DNA of 14,706 nt. It comes from Fidelibacterota bacterium. GTDB lineage: Bacteria; Fidelibacterota; Marinisomatia; Marinisomatales; S15-B10. The translations under genes and the position numbers were made by a program. The first letter of the stretch is position 1. Each line of letters opens with the position of its first letter. The notes under the pieces were generated by a model that worked only from the letters and a program-made list of their open reading frames with translations, was not told the origin of the DNA and ran no database searches. Positions 7,045 through 14,706 of the stretch are shown here, piece by piece. The DNA lies in NCBI GenBank assembly GCA_046861655.1, contig JBHIAI010000040.1:1-14706 (forward strand), read 5' to 3'.

Positions 7045-9552
7045 GTGAAGGAAAACTTCTCTAAACAAATCCAGGCCATCATGAAATATGCCAAGGAGGA
7101 GGCAATCCAGCTGGGGCATAGCTACGTAGGCTCGGAGCACCTCCTGCTCGGTATCATCCGTCAGGGGTCTGGCAAAGCGGTTGAGATCCTGGACGATCTG
7201 GGCTGTGACCTGGAAGAAATGAGAGTCATGATTGAGGATATGGTGAAACCTTCGGGTGGAACCATGACTCTGGGACATCTCCCCCTGACACGCCGGGCGG
7301 AAAGAATCCTCAGAAACACTTTTACTGAGGCGTCCAACATGGGATCCTCGGTGACAGATGATCACCACTTGCTTCTGGCCATTCTGAAAGAGAATGAAGG
7401 GGTGGCCTATGATGTTCTGAGTGCCTTCGACGTGGATTACAATTCCGTGATGGAGTTCTTGAAGAAGGAATCGGCGGAGGCGAGAGCCGCCGCCAAGGTT
7501 TCCAGTCCCAAGAAATCCAAAACACCGGCTCTCGATCACTTCAGTCGGGACATTACTCAACTGGCCCGGAAGAATCTTCTGGATCCGGTCATCGGTCGGG
7601 AAACTGAAATCGCCCGGGTGGCTCAGATTTTGACCCGGAGGAAGAAAAACAACCCGGTCCTGATCGGGGAGGCCGGTGTGGGGAAAACGGCCATTGTGGA
7701 AGGGTTAGCCCAGCGCATCGTGGACAAGAACGTCCCCCGGTTGATCCACAACAAACGGATCGTTGCCCTGGACCTGGCAGCCATCGTTGCAGGCACGAAA
7801 TACCGGGGGCAATTCGAAGAACGGATGAAGGCCATCATGGCAGAACTGGAATCCTCCAAAGACATCATCCTGTTCATTGATGAACTCCACACCCTGGTGG
7901 GGGCTGGAAGCGCTTCAGGGTCCCTGGACGCCTCCAACATGTTCAAACCCGCCCTTTCCCGGGGTGAGATTCACTGCATCGGAGCCACAACCCTGGATGA
8001 ATACCGCAAATACATCGAAAAGGACGGGGCTCTGGAACGACGGTTTCAGAAGATCATGATTGTTCCCCCAACGGTGCAAGAATCGGTCGAGATTCTGAAA
8101 GGTCTCCAATCGAGGTATGAACGTCACCACAACGTGAAATACGACGACGAGGCCATCCAGGCGGCTGTGGACTTAAGCAGGCGTTATATCACAGATAAGT
8201 ATCTTCCCGACAAGGCCATCGATGTTCTGGACGAGGCCGGGGCCCGGACCCATCTTATGAACCTAAACGTTCCTGAGGACATCGTCGACCTTGAACTGGA
8301 AATCGAAAAGGTTCGCTCTGAGAAAGAGGCAGTCATCTCGAACCAACAGTTTGAAAAAGCGGCAAGCCTGAGGGATAAAGAACGGGCGCTCTTGAAGAAG
8401 CTGGCCCGGTACCAGAGCGACTGGGCCAGGGAAGAAGCCAAGAACGCCGCTGTGGTCACAAAAGAGGATATCGCCGACGTGGTTTCCATGATGACCGGAA
8501 TACCCATCTCTAAGGTGGCGGAATCGGAATCCCAAAAGCTCCTCAAGATGAGGGAGATTATCAATGAGTTCATCATCGGCCAGGGGCAGGCGGTTGAAAG
8601 CCTAACGAAATCCATTCAACGGGCCCGGGCAGGACTGAAGGATCCTCGCCGGCCCATCGGTGCATTTCTCTTCCTGGGACCCACGGGAGTGGGCAAGACA
8701 GAAACGGCAAAAGTTCTGGCCAACTACCTCTTTTCCCACGAGGAATCCCTGGTGAAGATCGATATGTCGGAGTACATGGAACGGTTTGCCGTGTCCAGAC
8801 TGATCGGAGCTCCCCCAGGCTACGTGGGCTACGAAGAAGGGGGAGAATTGACAGAACGGATCCGGAGAAACCCCTATTCTGTGATCCTGTTTGACGAAAT
8901 CGAAAAGGCCCACCATGACGTATTCAACATCCTCCTTCAATTGCTTGACGAGGGGGTCCTGACCGACAGTATGGGGAGGAAGGTCGATTTTCGAAACACC
9001 ATCATCATCATGACCTCCAACATTGGGACCAAAGGATTCGGAAAGGTGGGGACGTGGGGGTTTGGCGATTCATCGGAAGAGGCCACGTACGACACGATGA
9101 AAACCCGGGTCCTGGAGGAGGTAAGGAACGTTTTTAATCCTGAATTCCTGAACAGAATCGACGAAATCATCGTATTCAACCGTCTTTCCCGGGAGAGCGT
9201 GCTCAAGATTATCGATCTCCAGTTGATGGACCTCCGGCAGAATCTGAACTCCAAGAAGATGAAGCTGACGGTGTCCGCCAAAGCCAAGGAGCTGATCCTT
9301 TCCCGGGGGTTCAGCGACGAATTTGGGGCCCGACCCCTAAGGAGAGAGATACAGACATCCCTCGAAGCGCCGCTGTCAGAAAAAATACTCAAGGGCGATT
9401 TTGAGGAGGGTGATCATATCCGGGTAGCCACGAAGAAAGAAGAGTTTGTCTTCCAGAAGATTGCCAGAAAACCTGCCCGTTCTGCGGCAAGACCCTCATC
9501 CCGGGGCGAGTCGTCTTCCAAGAAGCCCACGAAATCTGACAACAAGTCGTAG
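7045..9552 (+). CDS. clpC: ATP-dependent Clp protease ATP-binding subunit ClpC, 835 aa
   Basis: Double Clp-N repeat; NBD1 with [12 protein letters not shown] pore loop and LFIDE; short UVR-type middle domain ([21 protein letters not shown]); NBD2 with [14 protein letters not shown] and LFDEIEKAH; xGF loop; GARPLRR. Confidence 0.95.
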   Translation: MKENFSKQIQAIMKYAKEEAIQLGHSYVGSEHLLLGIIRQGSGKAVEILDDLGCDLEEMRVMIEDMVKPSGGTMTLGHLPLTRRAERILRNTFTEASNMGSSVTDDHHLLLAILKENEGVAYDVLSAFDVDYNSVMEFLKKESAEARAAAKVSSPKKSKTPALDHFSRDITQLARKNLLDPVIGRETEIARVAQILTRRKKNNPVLIGEAGVGKTAIVEGLAQRIVDKNVPRLIHNKRIVALDLAAIVAGTKYRGQFEERMKAIMAELESSKDIILFIDELHTLVGAGSASGSLDASNMFKPALSRGEIHCIGATTLDEYRKYIEKDGALERRFQKIMIVPPTVQESVEILKGLQSRYERHHNVKYDDEAIQAAVDLSRRYITDKYLPDKAIDVLDEAGARTHLMNLNVPEDIVDLELEIEKVRSEKEAVISNQQFEKAASLRDKERALLKKLARYQSDWAREEAKNAAVVTKEDIADVVSMMTGIPISKVAESESQKLLKMREIINEFIIGQGQAVESLTKSIQRARAGLKDPRRPIGAFLFLGPTGVGKTETAKVLANYLFSHEESLVKIDMSEYMERFAVSRLIGAPPGYVGYEEGGELTERIRRNPYSVILFDEIEKAHHDVFNILLQLLDEGVLTDSMGRKVDFRNTIIIMTSNIGTKGFGKVGTWGFGDSSEEATYDTMKTRVLEEVRNVFNPEFLNRIDEIIVFNRLSRESVLKIIDLQLMDLRQNLNSKKMKLTVSAKAKELILSRGFSDEFGARPLRREIQTSLEAPLSEKILKGDFEEGDHIRVATKKEEFVFQKIARKPARSAARPSSRGESSSKKPTKSDNKS

Positions 9553-9602
9553 GTTTCCCCCAAAAACAGCCTGTTTGTGTCAGTTAAGCAGAGCCATGCC
9601 GG

Positions 9603-9618
9603 TGGCATAGTTTTTGCA
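9603..9618 (+). promoter_or_regulatory. Sigma54 (RpoN) -24/-12 promoter upstream of dnaK
   Basis: TGGCATAGTTTTTGCA has GG(9604-9605)-N10-GC(9616-9617), close to the consensus TGGCACG-N4-TTGCW. It lies about 40 nt upstream of the dnaK ATG, which has SD AAGGAG. Confidence 0.8.
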
Positions 9619-9657
9619 CAATTCTCGAGGTGAAACTGGAAGAAAGGAGCAGATTTC

Positions 9658-11568
9658 ATGCCGAAGATTATCGGAATTGACCTGGGGACCACCAATTCAT
9701 GCGTCGCCGTGATGGAAGGGGGCGAACCCAACGTCATTACCACCCCGGAAGGGGGTCGGACCATGCCGTCCGTGGTGGCCTTTACCAAGAATGGCGACCG
9801 GCTTATCGGTCAGCCCGCCAAGCGCCAGGCGGTGACCAATCCTACCAATACAGTGTATTCCATCAAACGTTTCATGGGAAGGGATTATGATGAGGTCGAA
9901 ACAGAGATCTCTGAAGTCCCTTTTGAGGTTAAGAGGCGGGACTCCGCCGGGGTGGAGGTATCTGCCGGTGGAAAAAACTATTCGCCCCCGGAAATCAGTG
10001 CCATGATTCTTCAGAAACTCAGACAGACGGCGGAAGACTACCTGGGAGAATCGGTGAAGGAGGCGGTGATCACCGTTCCCGCCTACTTCAACGATTCCCA
10101 GCGTCAGGCTACCAAAGATGCCGGAAAGATCGCCGGTCTTAACGTCCGGCGCATCATCAATGAACCCACAGCCGCGGCCCTGGCTTATGGCATGGACCGG
10201 AAGAAAGATCAGAAAGTGGCGGTGTTCGACCTTGGCGGAGGTACTTTCGATATTTCCATCCTGGACGTGATGGAAATTGACGGTGAGAAGTCCGTCGAGG
10301 TGAACGCCACCAATGGGGACGGGCATCTCGGGGGTGACGATTTCGACGAAAGGATCACAGATTGGATAGCCGATAATTTCAAGAAGGAGGAAGGCATCGA
10401 TCTCAGGAAAGACCCCATGGCTCTCCAGAGACTGAGGGAATCGGCCGAGAACGCCAAAAAGGAACTGTCCAGTTCCAAGCAGACAGACATCAACCTCCCT
10501 TTTATCACGGCCGACGCCTCGGGCCCCAAACACCTGAGCCTGACCCTCACCCGGGCCAAGCTCGAAGAACTTATCGACGACCTCCTGGAAAGGACAAAAG
10601 AGCCCTGCCATCAGGCCCTGAAAGATGCCGAGTTGAGTCCTAGTGATATCCACGAGGTTATCCTGGTGGGTGGGTCGACCCGGATTCCCAAAGTCCAGGA
10701 GATTGTGAAGGAGATCTTTGGCCGGGAGCCCCACAAGGGTGTAAACCCGGATGAGGTGGTCGCTGTGGGGGCCGCCATCCAGGGCGGAATTCTCGGCGGA
10801 GAGGTGGAAGACGTTCTCCTTCTGGATGTCACTCCTCTCTCTCTGGGTATTGAAACCCTCGGAGGTGTGTTTACCCGGCTCATCGAAAGGAACACCACCG
10901 TTCCCACCAAGAAATCTCAGATCTTTTCCACGGCGGCCGATAACCAGACCTCAGTGGAAATCCACGTCCTCCAGGGAGAACGGGATATGGCCGTTTACAA
11001 CAAGACCATCGGCCGGTTTCACCTGGAGGGGATTCCTCCGGCTCCCAGGGGTATTCCCCAGATTGAGGTCTCTTTCGACATCGACGCCAATGGCATTCTC
11101 AACGTGAGTGCCAAGGACAAGGCCACCGGGAAAGAACAGAGTATCCGGATTGAAGCGTCCAGCGGACTGAGTCCCGAAGAAGTGGAAAAGATGGTTGAGG
11201 ACGCCAAGAAGCACGCTGAACAGGACAGAAAGAAGCGAGAGGAGGTCGATCTAAGGAATCAAGCCGATCAGCTCGTGTACCAGACGGAGAAAAACCTGAA
11301 GGAGTTCGATGAAAAGCTGTCTGATGCCGACAAGGAAAGATTGAAGGACGGTGTGGAAGGACTCAAGAAGGCCAGTGCCGGGGGCAATACTGACGACATT
11401 CAGCGGTCCATGGAGAAGTTGAACACCACCTGGAACGAAGTAGCGAGCAAGATGTATTCCTCCACAAGGAAAGCGGAAACGGGCGGGGAGGAACCGAAGA
11501 GCGAGAAGGGCAAGAAAGGGAAAGACGACGACGAAATCGAAGACGCCGATTTCGAAGTCGTGAACTGA
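9658..11568 (+). CDS. dnaK: Molecular chaperone DnaK (Hsp70), 636 aa
   Basis: [48 protein letters not shown], linker DVLLLD, and acidic C-terminus EDADFEVVN. Confidence 0.99.
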   Translation: MPKIIGIDLGTTNSCVAVMEGGEPNVITTPEGGRTMPSVVAFTKNGDRLIGQPAKRQAVTNPTNTVYSIKRFMGRDYDEVETEISEVPFEVKRRDSAGVEVSAGGKNYSPPEISAMILQKLRQTAEDYLGESVKEAVITVPAYFNDSQRQATKDAGKIAGLNVRRIINEPTAAALAYGMDRKKDQKVAVFDLGGGTFDISILDVMEIDGEKSVEVNATNGDGHLGGDDFDERITDWIADNFKKEEGIDLRKDPMALQRLRESAENAKKELSSSKQTDINLPFITADASGPKHLSLTLTRAKLEELIDDLLERTKEPCHQALKDAELSPSDIHEVILVGGSTRIPKVQEIVKEIFGREPHKGVNPDEVVAVGAAIQGGILGGEVEDVLLLDVTPLSLGIETLGGVFTRLIERNTTVPTKKSQIFSTAADNQTSVEIHVLQGERDMAVYNKTIGRFHLEGIPPAPRGIPQIEVSFDIDANGILNVSAKDKATGKEQSIRIEASSGLSPEEVEKMVEDAKKHAEQDRKKREEVDLRNQADQLVYQTEKNLKEFDEKLSDADKERLKDGVEGLKKASAGGNTDDIQRSMEKLNTTWNEVASKMYSSTRKAETGGEEPKSEKGKKGKDDDEIEDADFEVVN

Positions 11569-11595
11569 GTCCACCCTAAGGGATCAACTTTCGGC

Positions 11596-11627
11596 TGTCA
11601 AGTACTGCCTGGCAGTCTTAGATGACA
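11596..11627. repeat. Imperfect inverted repeat downstream of dnaK
   Basis: TGTCA-AGT-ACTGCC-T-GGCAGT-CTTAGA-TGACA: perfect core ACTGCC/GGCAGT with outer arms TGTCA/TGACA. Confidence 0.55.
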
Positions 11628-11724
11628 ACGATGACGGTTTACGTAATGTTGTGATTCGTGAAGCGTACTTCGTACCCCCGCCCCCGAATACACCGATTCT
11701 CCAGTTTTCCTTCGCTCCCTTGTT

Positions 11725-11753
11725 TTGTTTTTGGAACTTACCTGGGTTAAATT
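11725..11753 (+). promoter_or_regulatory. Putative promoter for the tamB-like gene
   Basis: TTGTTT(11725-11730)-N17-TAAATT(11748-11753), the same architecture as the site before clpC. Confidence 0.5.
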
Positions 11754-11780
11754 AGTTTTTCCCAGTAGTTGACCAGGGCC

Positions 11781-14706
11781 ATGTCTCGAAAGCGTAAAGC
11801 TGCCGTTATCCTGTTTGTCGCCCTCACACTCGTGATAGGGGCGTTTCTGTTTGTTCTCATCAGACCGGCCAGATGGTCGCAAGAGATCGTCACCTATCTG
11901 AACCAGAACGTCCTGAACGACAACGGCTGGTCCATCGCTATTGAGTCCCTGGATGGCCGTTTCACTTCCGACGTGTATCTCAAGAATCTGTACCTGAGGA
12001 AGGAAGACGGTTCAGCGGTTGTCTTCAGTCAGGAGGCCAGAGTCAACCTCGACTTCTCCCGGATACTGACCGGAGACTGGGCCATTACCAGTCTTTTGCT
12101 GGAAGATGGTTTCATCACGGTAAGAACAGGGGGTGAGGGTGCCGGAACGGACCTGGGATTTGTGGACAAGTTTACCTCTCACGGATTCGGAATCCGGGAG
12201 CTTAGTCTCACCAACACGTCGTTAATCATCCAGACCGGTTCCGGGGAAGACCTGTACAGTTTCGATTTCAACGGTGAGGTCGTATCGCGGGGCAGGTCTT
12301 TGGCTTTCGTTCCAGAAAGGATTCGGTTCCAGGACGTGGGCAGCCGCCGATCGTTTCGGATAAGCGACGGCGAGATTGCCCTGACCCGTCACACTGTTAG
12401 TGCCACCGGGCTGAAAGGGGACGTGAATGAGATTCCTTTCGAGCTGGAAGGGTCGGTCACCTTATCCACACCCATGAAATGGGTGGTGAACGCCACGGGA
12501 AAACAGTTGGCTCTCCGGGACTACGTAGACCGCACCGTGGCGGACGTACTGAGAATAGACACGGTGGATGTTCGCGTTGAGCTGATATCGGACCTCGTGT
12601 CCGGTACTGTTCGGGGATCTCTCTTCCCACACGGTAGGGACTCTCTGCTGGGGCAGGGTTCCCTCGACCTGGAAAAAGAAGGCCAGGACCTTCGGCTGAA
12701 CCAAGTTCTTGTGACCGTTGGGTCATCTCGGCTGACGGGAGGGGGTATTCTGAGGGACGGTCGTGACTTATCCCTTCAGCTGAGAATCGAAGGGTTTGAT
12801 CTTTCGGAGTTTGGCATTTCCGCGAATCCGACCTCGATCGGCGGCTCGGCTGATCTGTCGGGTACTGTCTCGGGACGAAACGTTGAACACTTGTCGGTAG
12901 TCCTGAATCTGATCAACGGGGAGGAAGGGAAGGACGGATTCGCGCGAAGCAGAGGCGAACTCAAGTATTCAGATGGCGAAGTGACCATCGCCGACTCCCT
13001 CCGGATCGATCTTGGATACGGGACCCTTCACGCGACGGGAGGAATCGATCTGGAGAATCAGAGGGTCGATCTGGCATTCACCCCTTCAAACGTGGATCTT
13101 GGGGCTGTAGGCTTCCTGGTAGGAGTCGACTCTCTCAGGGGCACAGTGGGAGGAGCCCTGGAGCTGGTGGGGTACACAAAGGATCCCATTGCCAATGGGT
13201 ATCTCACTATACAGGACGGACAGTTCGCACCGATGTCGGCGTCTTCTTTGGAAGCTTCATTTCGGGTCAGTTCAGTCTTCGGCAATCCCCACGGATTCCT
13301 CAGGGCAGTTGTTGCGGATGGCAGGATCGGGGACTATGTCGTTGAGGAAGGAACCGCTGACCTGTACTTCAGGGGCGATACCCTGGTGGTACAGAGGGTC
13401 CGGCTGACAAGCGGACGCGACTTCTTCCAGGTGTCCGGAAGAATGGTCGGAAATCGTTCGTTTCAGGTGAATCAGGTTCAGCTTTCCCTGGGAGATCACT
13501 TCATTACCAGTCTGGGACCTGTAGCCATCGACTGGACTCCAGGAAGGCTCGAGATAAGACCCGCTACCCTCAAGATCGATGACGGGACGGCCCAGGTATC
13601 TTTTTCCCTGTTGAACGGATACCTTTCGTCGGGTAATCTGCGTCTGGCAAACCTCGATCTGGCAACCCTGTGGATCATGATGGACCGCCATATTCCCCTT
13701 GAGGGGGCCGCTTTCGCCGACGTTTCCGCTCGAACCGAAGGGGATTACCTCACAGCCGAGGGAATGTTTGAGATCAGGGAGGGGGCGTGGAAGGAGATCC
13801 GGTTCGACAACCTCCTCATGACGGGAAGCCTGGATGAAAACGTACTGGAAATCAAGGAATTCAGCGTTACGGGACCCCAGGACCTGAGTCTGAAACTATC
13901 AGGCTTTGCCCATGTGGTGGAAACGGGGAAGGGGGCCCTCTTTGAGTTTGATCCCCTGGGAGAGGTGGGATTCTCAAGCGAATTCCGAGAGTTCCGGCTT
14001 GGGCTGCTATCCGCTCTTTGGCCAGGGGCAAGAATCATAGGGGGTTCAGCCACAGGCAGTCTGGTCGTGACGGGACTCTCCAGTTCCCCGGACATGGCCT
14101 TCCAATTCACCGTTCAGGATCCCAGGCTGGACCGCATTTCCGGAGATGTTGTGTCCGTGTCGGGCAGATACGACGACCGTCGCCTCTACATTGAGGATCT
14201 GGTGGCCGAGACGGCCACGGGTCGGTATACTGCGAACGGTTATGTCCCCGTCAATCTGGCCCTCGGGTCCAATCAGCCTGAACGGATCCTGAAGACGGAT
14301 CCTGTCTCCATGACTTTTCACGGGGAAACGTCGCGCCTCAGTTTTCTCACCCCGTACCTCTCATCTGTGGATTCCGTGGCGGGAGACACAGACTTCGACC
14401 TGACGATATCCGGGACTCCGGCCGATCCCATTCGTAATGGACGGGTCCACGTGAAGGACGCCACCGTCTATGCCTTTCGTCTGGATTCTCCTATCGAGCA
14501 TGTGAATGGGAACGCCGTCCTGGAGGGAAACCGGCTGATCATTGACGAGCTTGTGGCCTCCAGCGACGTGCCTCCCAAGATGGATTTGCCTCAGCAGTTG
14601 AAATCAAACCTTTCGTCCATTTCCAGGGGTGTCCTTTTTGGAGAGACCAGAAATACGCCCTCCCAGAATCTCCGGGTGACGGGCAGCATGGACCTGACTG
14701 AATTCT
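11781..14706 (+). CDS. Large TamB/AsmA-like (bridge-like, repeating beta-groove) envelope protein, 3'-truncated, more than 975 aa
   Basis: Manual translation from ATG 11781 gives MSRKRKAAVILFVALTLVIGAFLFVLIRP (basic N-terminus plus one membrane anchor). I found no in-frame stop up to the window end. The protein is dominated by Gly-rich amphipathic beta-strands, e.g. LRGTVGGALELVGYTKDPIANGYLTIQDG and VAGDTDFDLTISGTPADPIRNGRVHV, as in TamB. It is absent from the ORF track because it has no stop in the window. The diagnostic C-terminal DUF490 would lie mostly beyond the edge. Confidence 0.8.
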   Translation, partial: MSRKRKAAVILFVALTLVIGAFLFVLIRPARWSQEIVTYLNQNVLNDNGWSIAIESLDGRFTSDVYLKNLYLRKEDGSAVVFSQEARVNLDFSRILTGDWAITSLLLEDGFITVRTGGEGAGTDLGFVDKFTSHGFGIRELSLTNTSLIIQTGSGEDLYSFDFNGEVVSRGRSLAFVPERIRFQDVGSRRSFRISDGEIALTRHTVSATGLKGDVNEIPFELEGSVTLSTPMKWVVNATGKQLALRDYVDRTVADVLRIDTVDVRVELISDLVSGTVRGSLFPHGRDSLLGQGSLDLEKEGQDLRLNQVLVTVGSSRLTGGGILRDGRDLSLQLRIEGFDLSEFGISANPTSIGGSADLSGTVSGRNVEHLSVVLNLINGEEGKDGFARSRGELKYSDGEVTIADSLRIDLGYGTLHATGGIDLENQRVDLAFTPSNVDLGAVGFLVGVDSLRGTVGGALELVGYTKDPIANGYLTIQDGQFAPMSASSLEASFRVSSVFGNPHGFLRAVVADGRIGDYVVEEGTADLYFRGDTLVVQRVRLTSGRDFFQVSGRMVGNRSFQVNQVQLSLGDHFITSLGPVAIDWTPGRLEIRPATLKIDDGTAQVSFSLLNGYLSSGNLRLANLDLATLWIMMDRHIPLEGAAFADVSARTEGDYLTAEGMFEIREGAWKEIRFDNLLMTGSLDENVLEIKEFSVTGPQDLSLKLSGFAHVVETGKGALFEFDPLGEVGFSSEFREFRLGLLSALWPGARIIGGSATGSLVVTGLSSSPDMAFQFTVQDPRLDRISGDVVSVSGRYDDRRLYIEDLVAETATGRYTANGYVPVNLALGSNQPERILKTDPVSMTFHGETSRLSFLTPYLSSVDSVAGDTDFDLTISGTPADPIRNGRVHVKDATVYAFRLDSPIEHVNGNAVLEGNRLIIDELVASSDVPPKMDLPQQLKSNLSSISRGVLFGETRNTPSQNLRVTGSMDLTEF

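Noticed and set aside
9697..10734. 345-aa antisense ORF inside dnaK
   Set aside because: Long antisense ORFs opposite hsp70/dnaK are a well-known by-product of codon usage and are often mis-annotated as NAD-specific glutamate dehydrogenase. There is no independent evidence of expression.
11622..11654. 10-codon ORF MTTMTVYVML in the dnaK-tamB spacer
   Set aside because: It has no SD and no attenuator-like context, and an ORF this short is expected by chance.
11598..14321. Short ORFs on both strands in the last 3 kb
   Set aside because: They lie within or overlap the long tamB-like frame and its promoter, and have no protein-like features.
1..14706. CRISPR array, IS/transposase, prophage, tRNA/rRNA or defence system
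   Set aside because: I saw no spaced direct repeats, terminal repeats, mobile-element ORFs or structural RNA signatures. Nearly all bases belong to housekeeping CDSs.

Overview
A housekeeping region of a diderm bacterium, with every supported gene on the + strand. Gene order: 3' end of folP, then cdaA/dacA (c-di-AMP synthase), prfB (RF2, split by the classic +1 programmed frameshift), lysS, two LolC/E/F-family permeases, lolD, clpC, dnaK, and a TamB/AsmA-like envelope gene of more than 975 codons that runs off the right edge and is missing from the ORF track. The folP-cdaA linkage and an insert in LysS suggest, by inference only, an FCB-superphylum organism (for example Marinimicrobia-like). 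I see no mobile element, CRISPR array, tRNA/rRNA or defence system, and I cannot support a claim of a wholly new system. The most interesting signals are: a correctly spaced sigma54 (-24/-12) promoter in front of a stand-alone dnaK; a recurring TTG-N20-TAA(A/T)TT promoter motif; a beta/gamma-proteobacteria-type 4-aa insert in DnaK; apparent loss of one phospho-arginine pocket in ClpC; and a structured 212-bp dnaK-tamB spacer.
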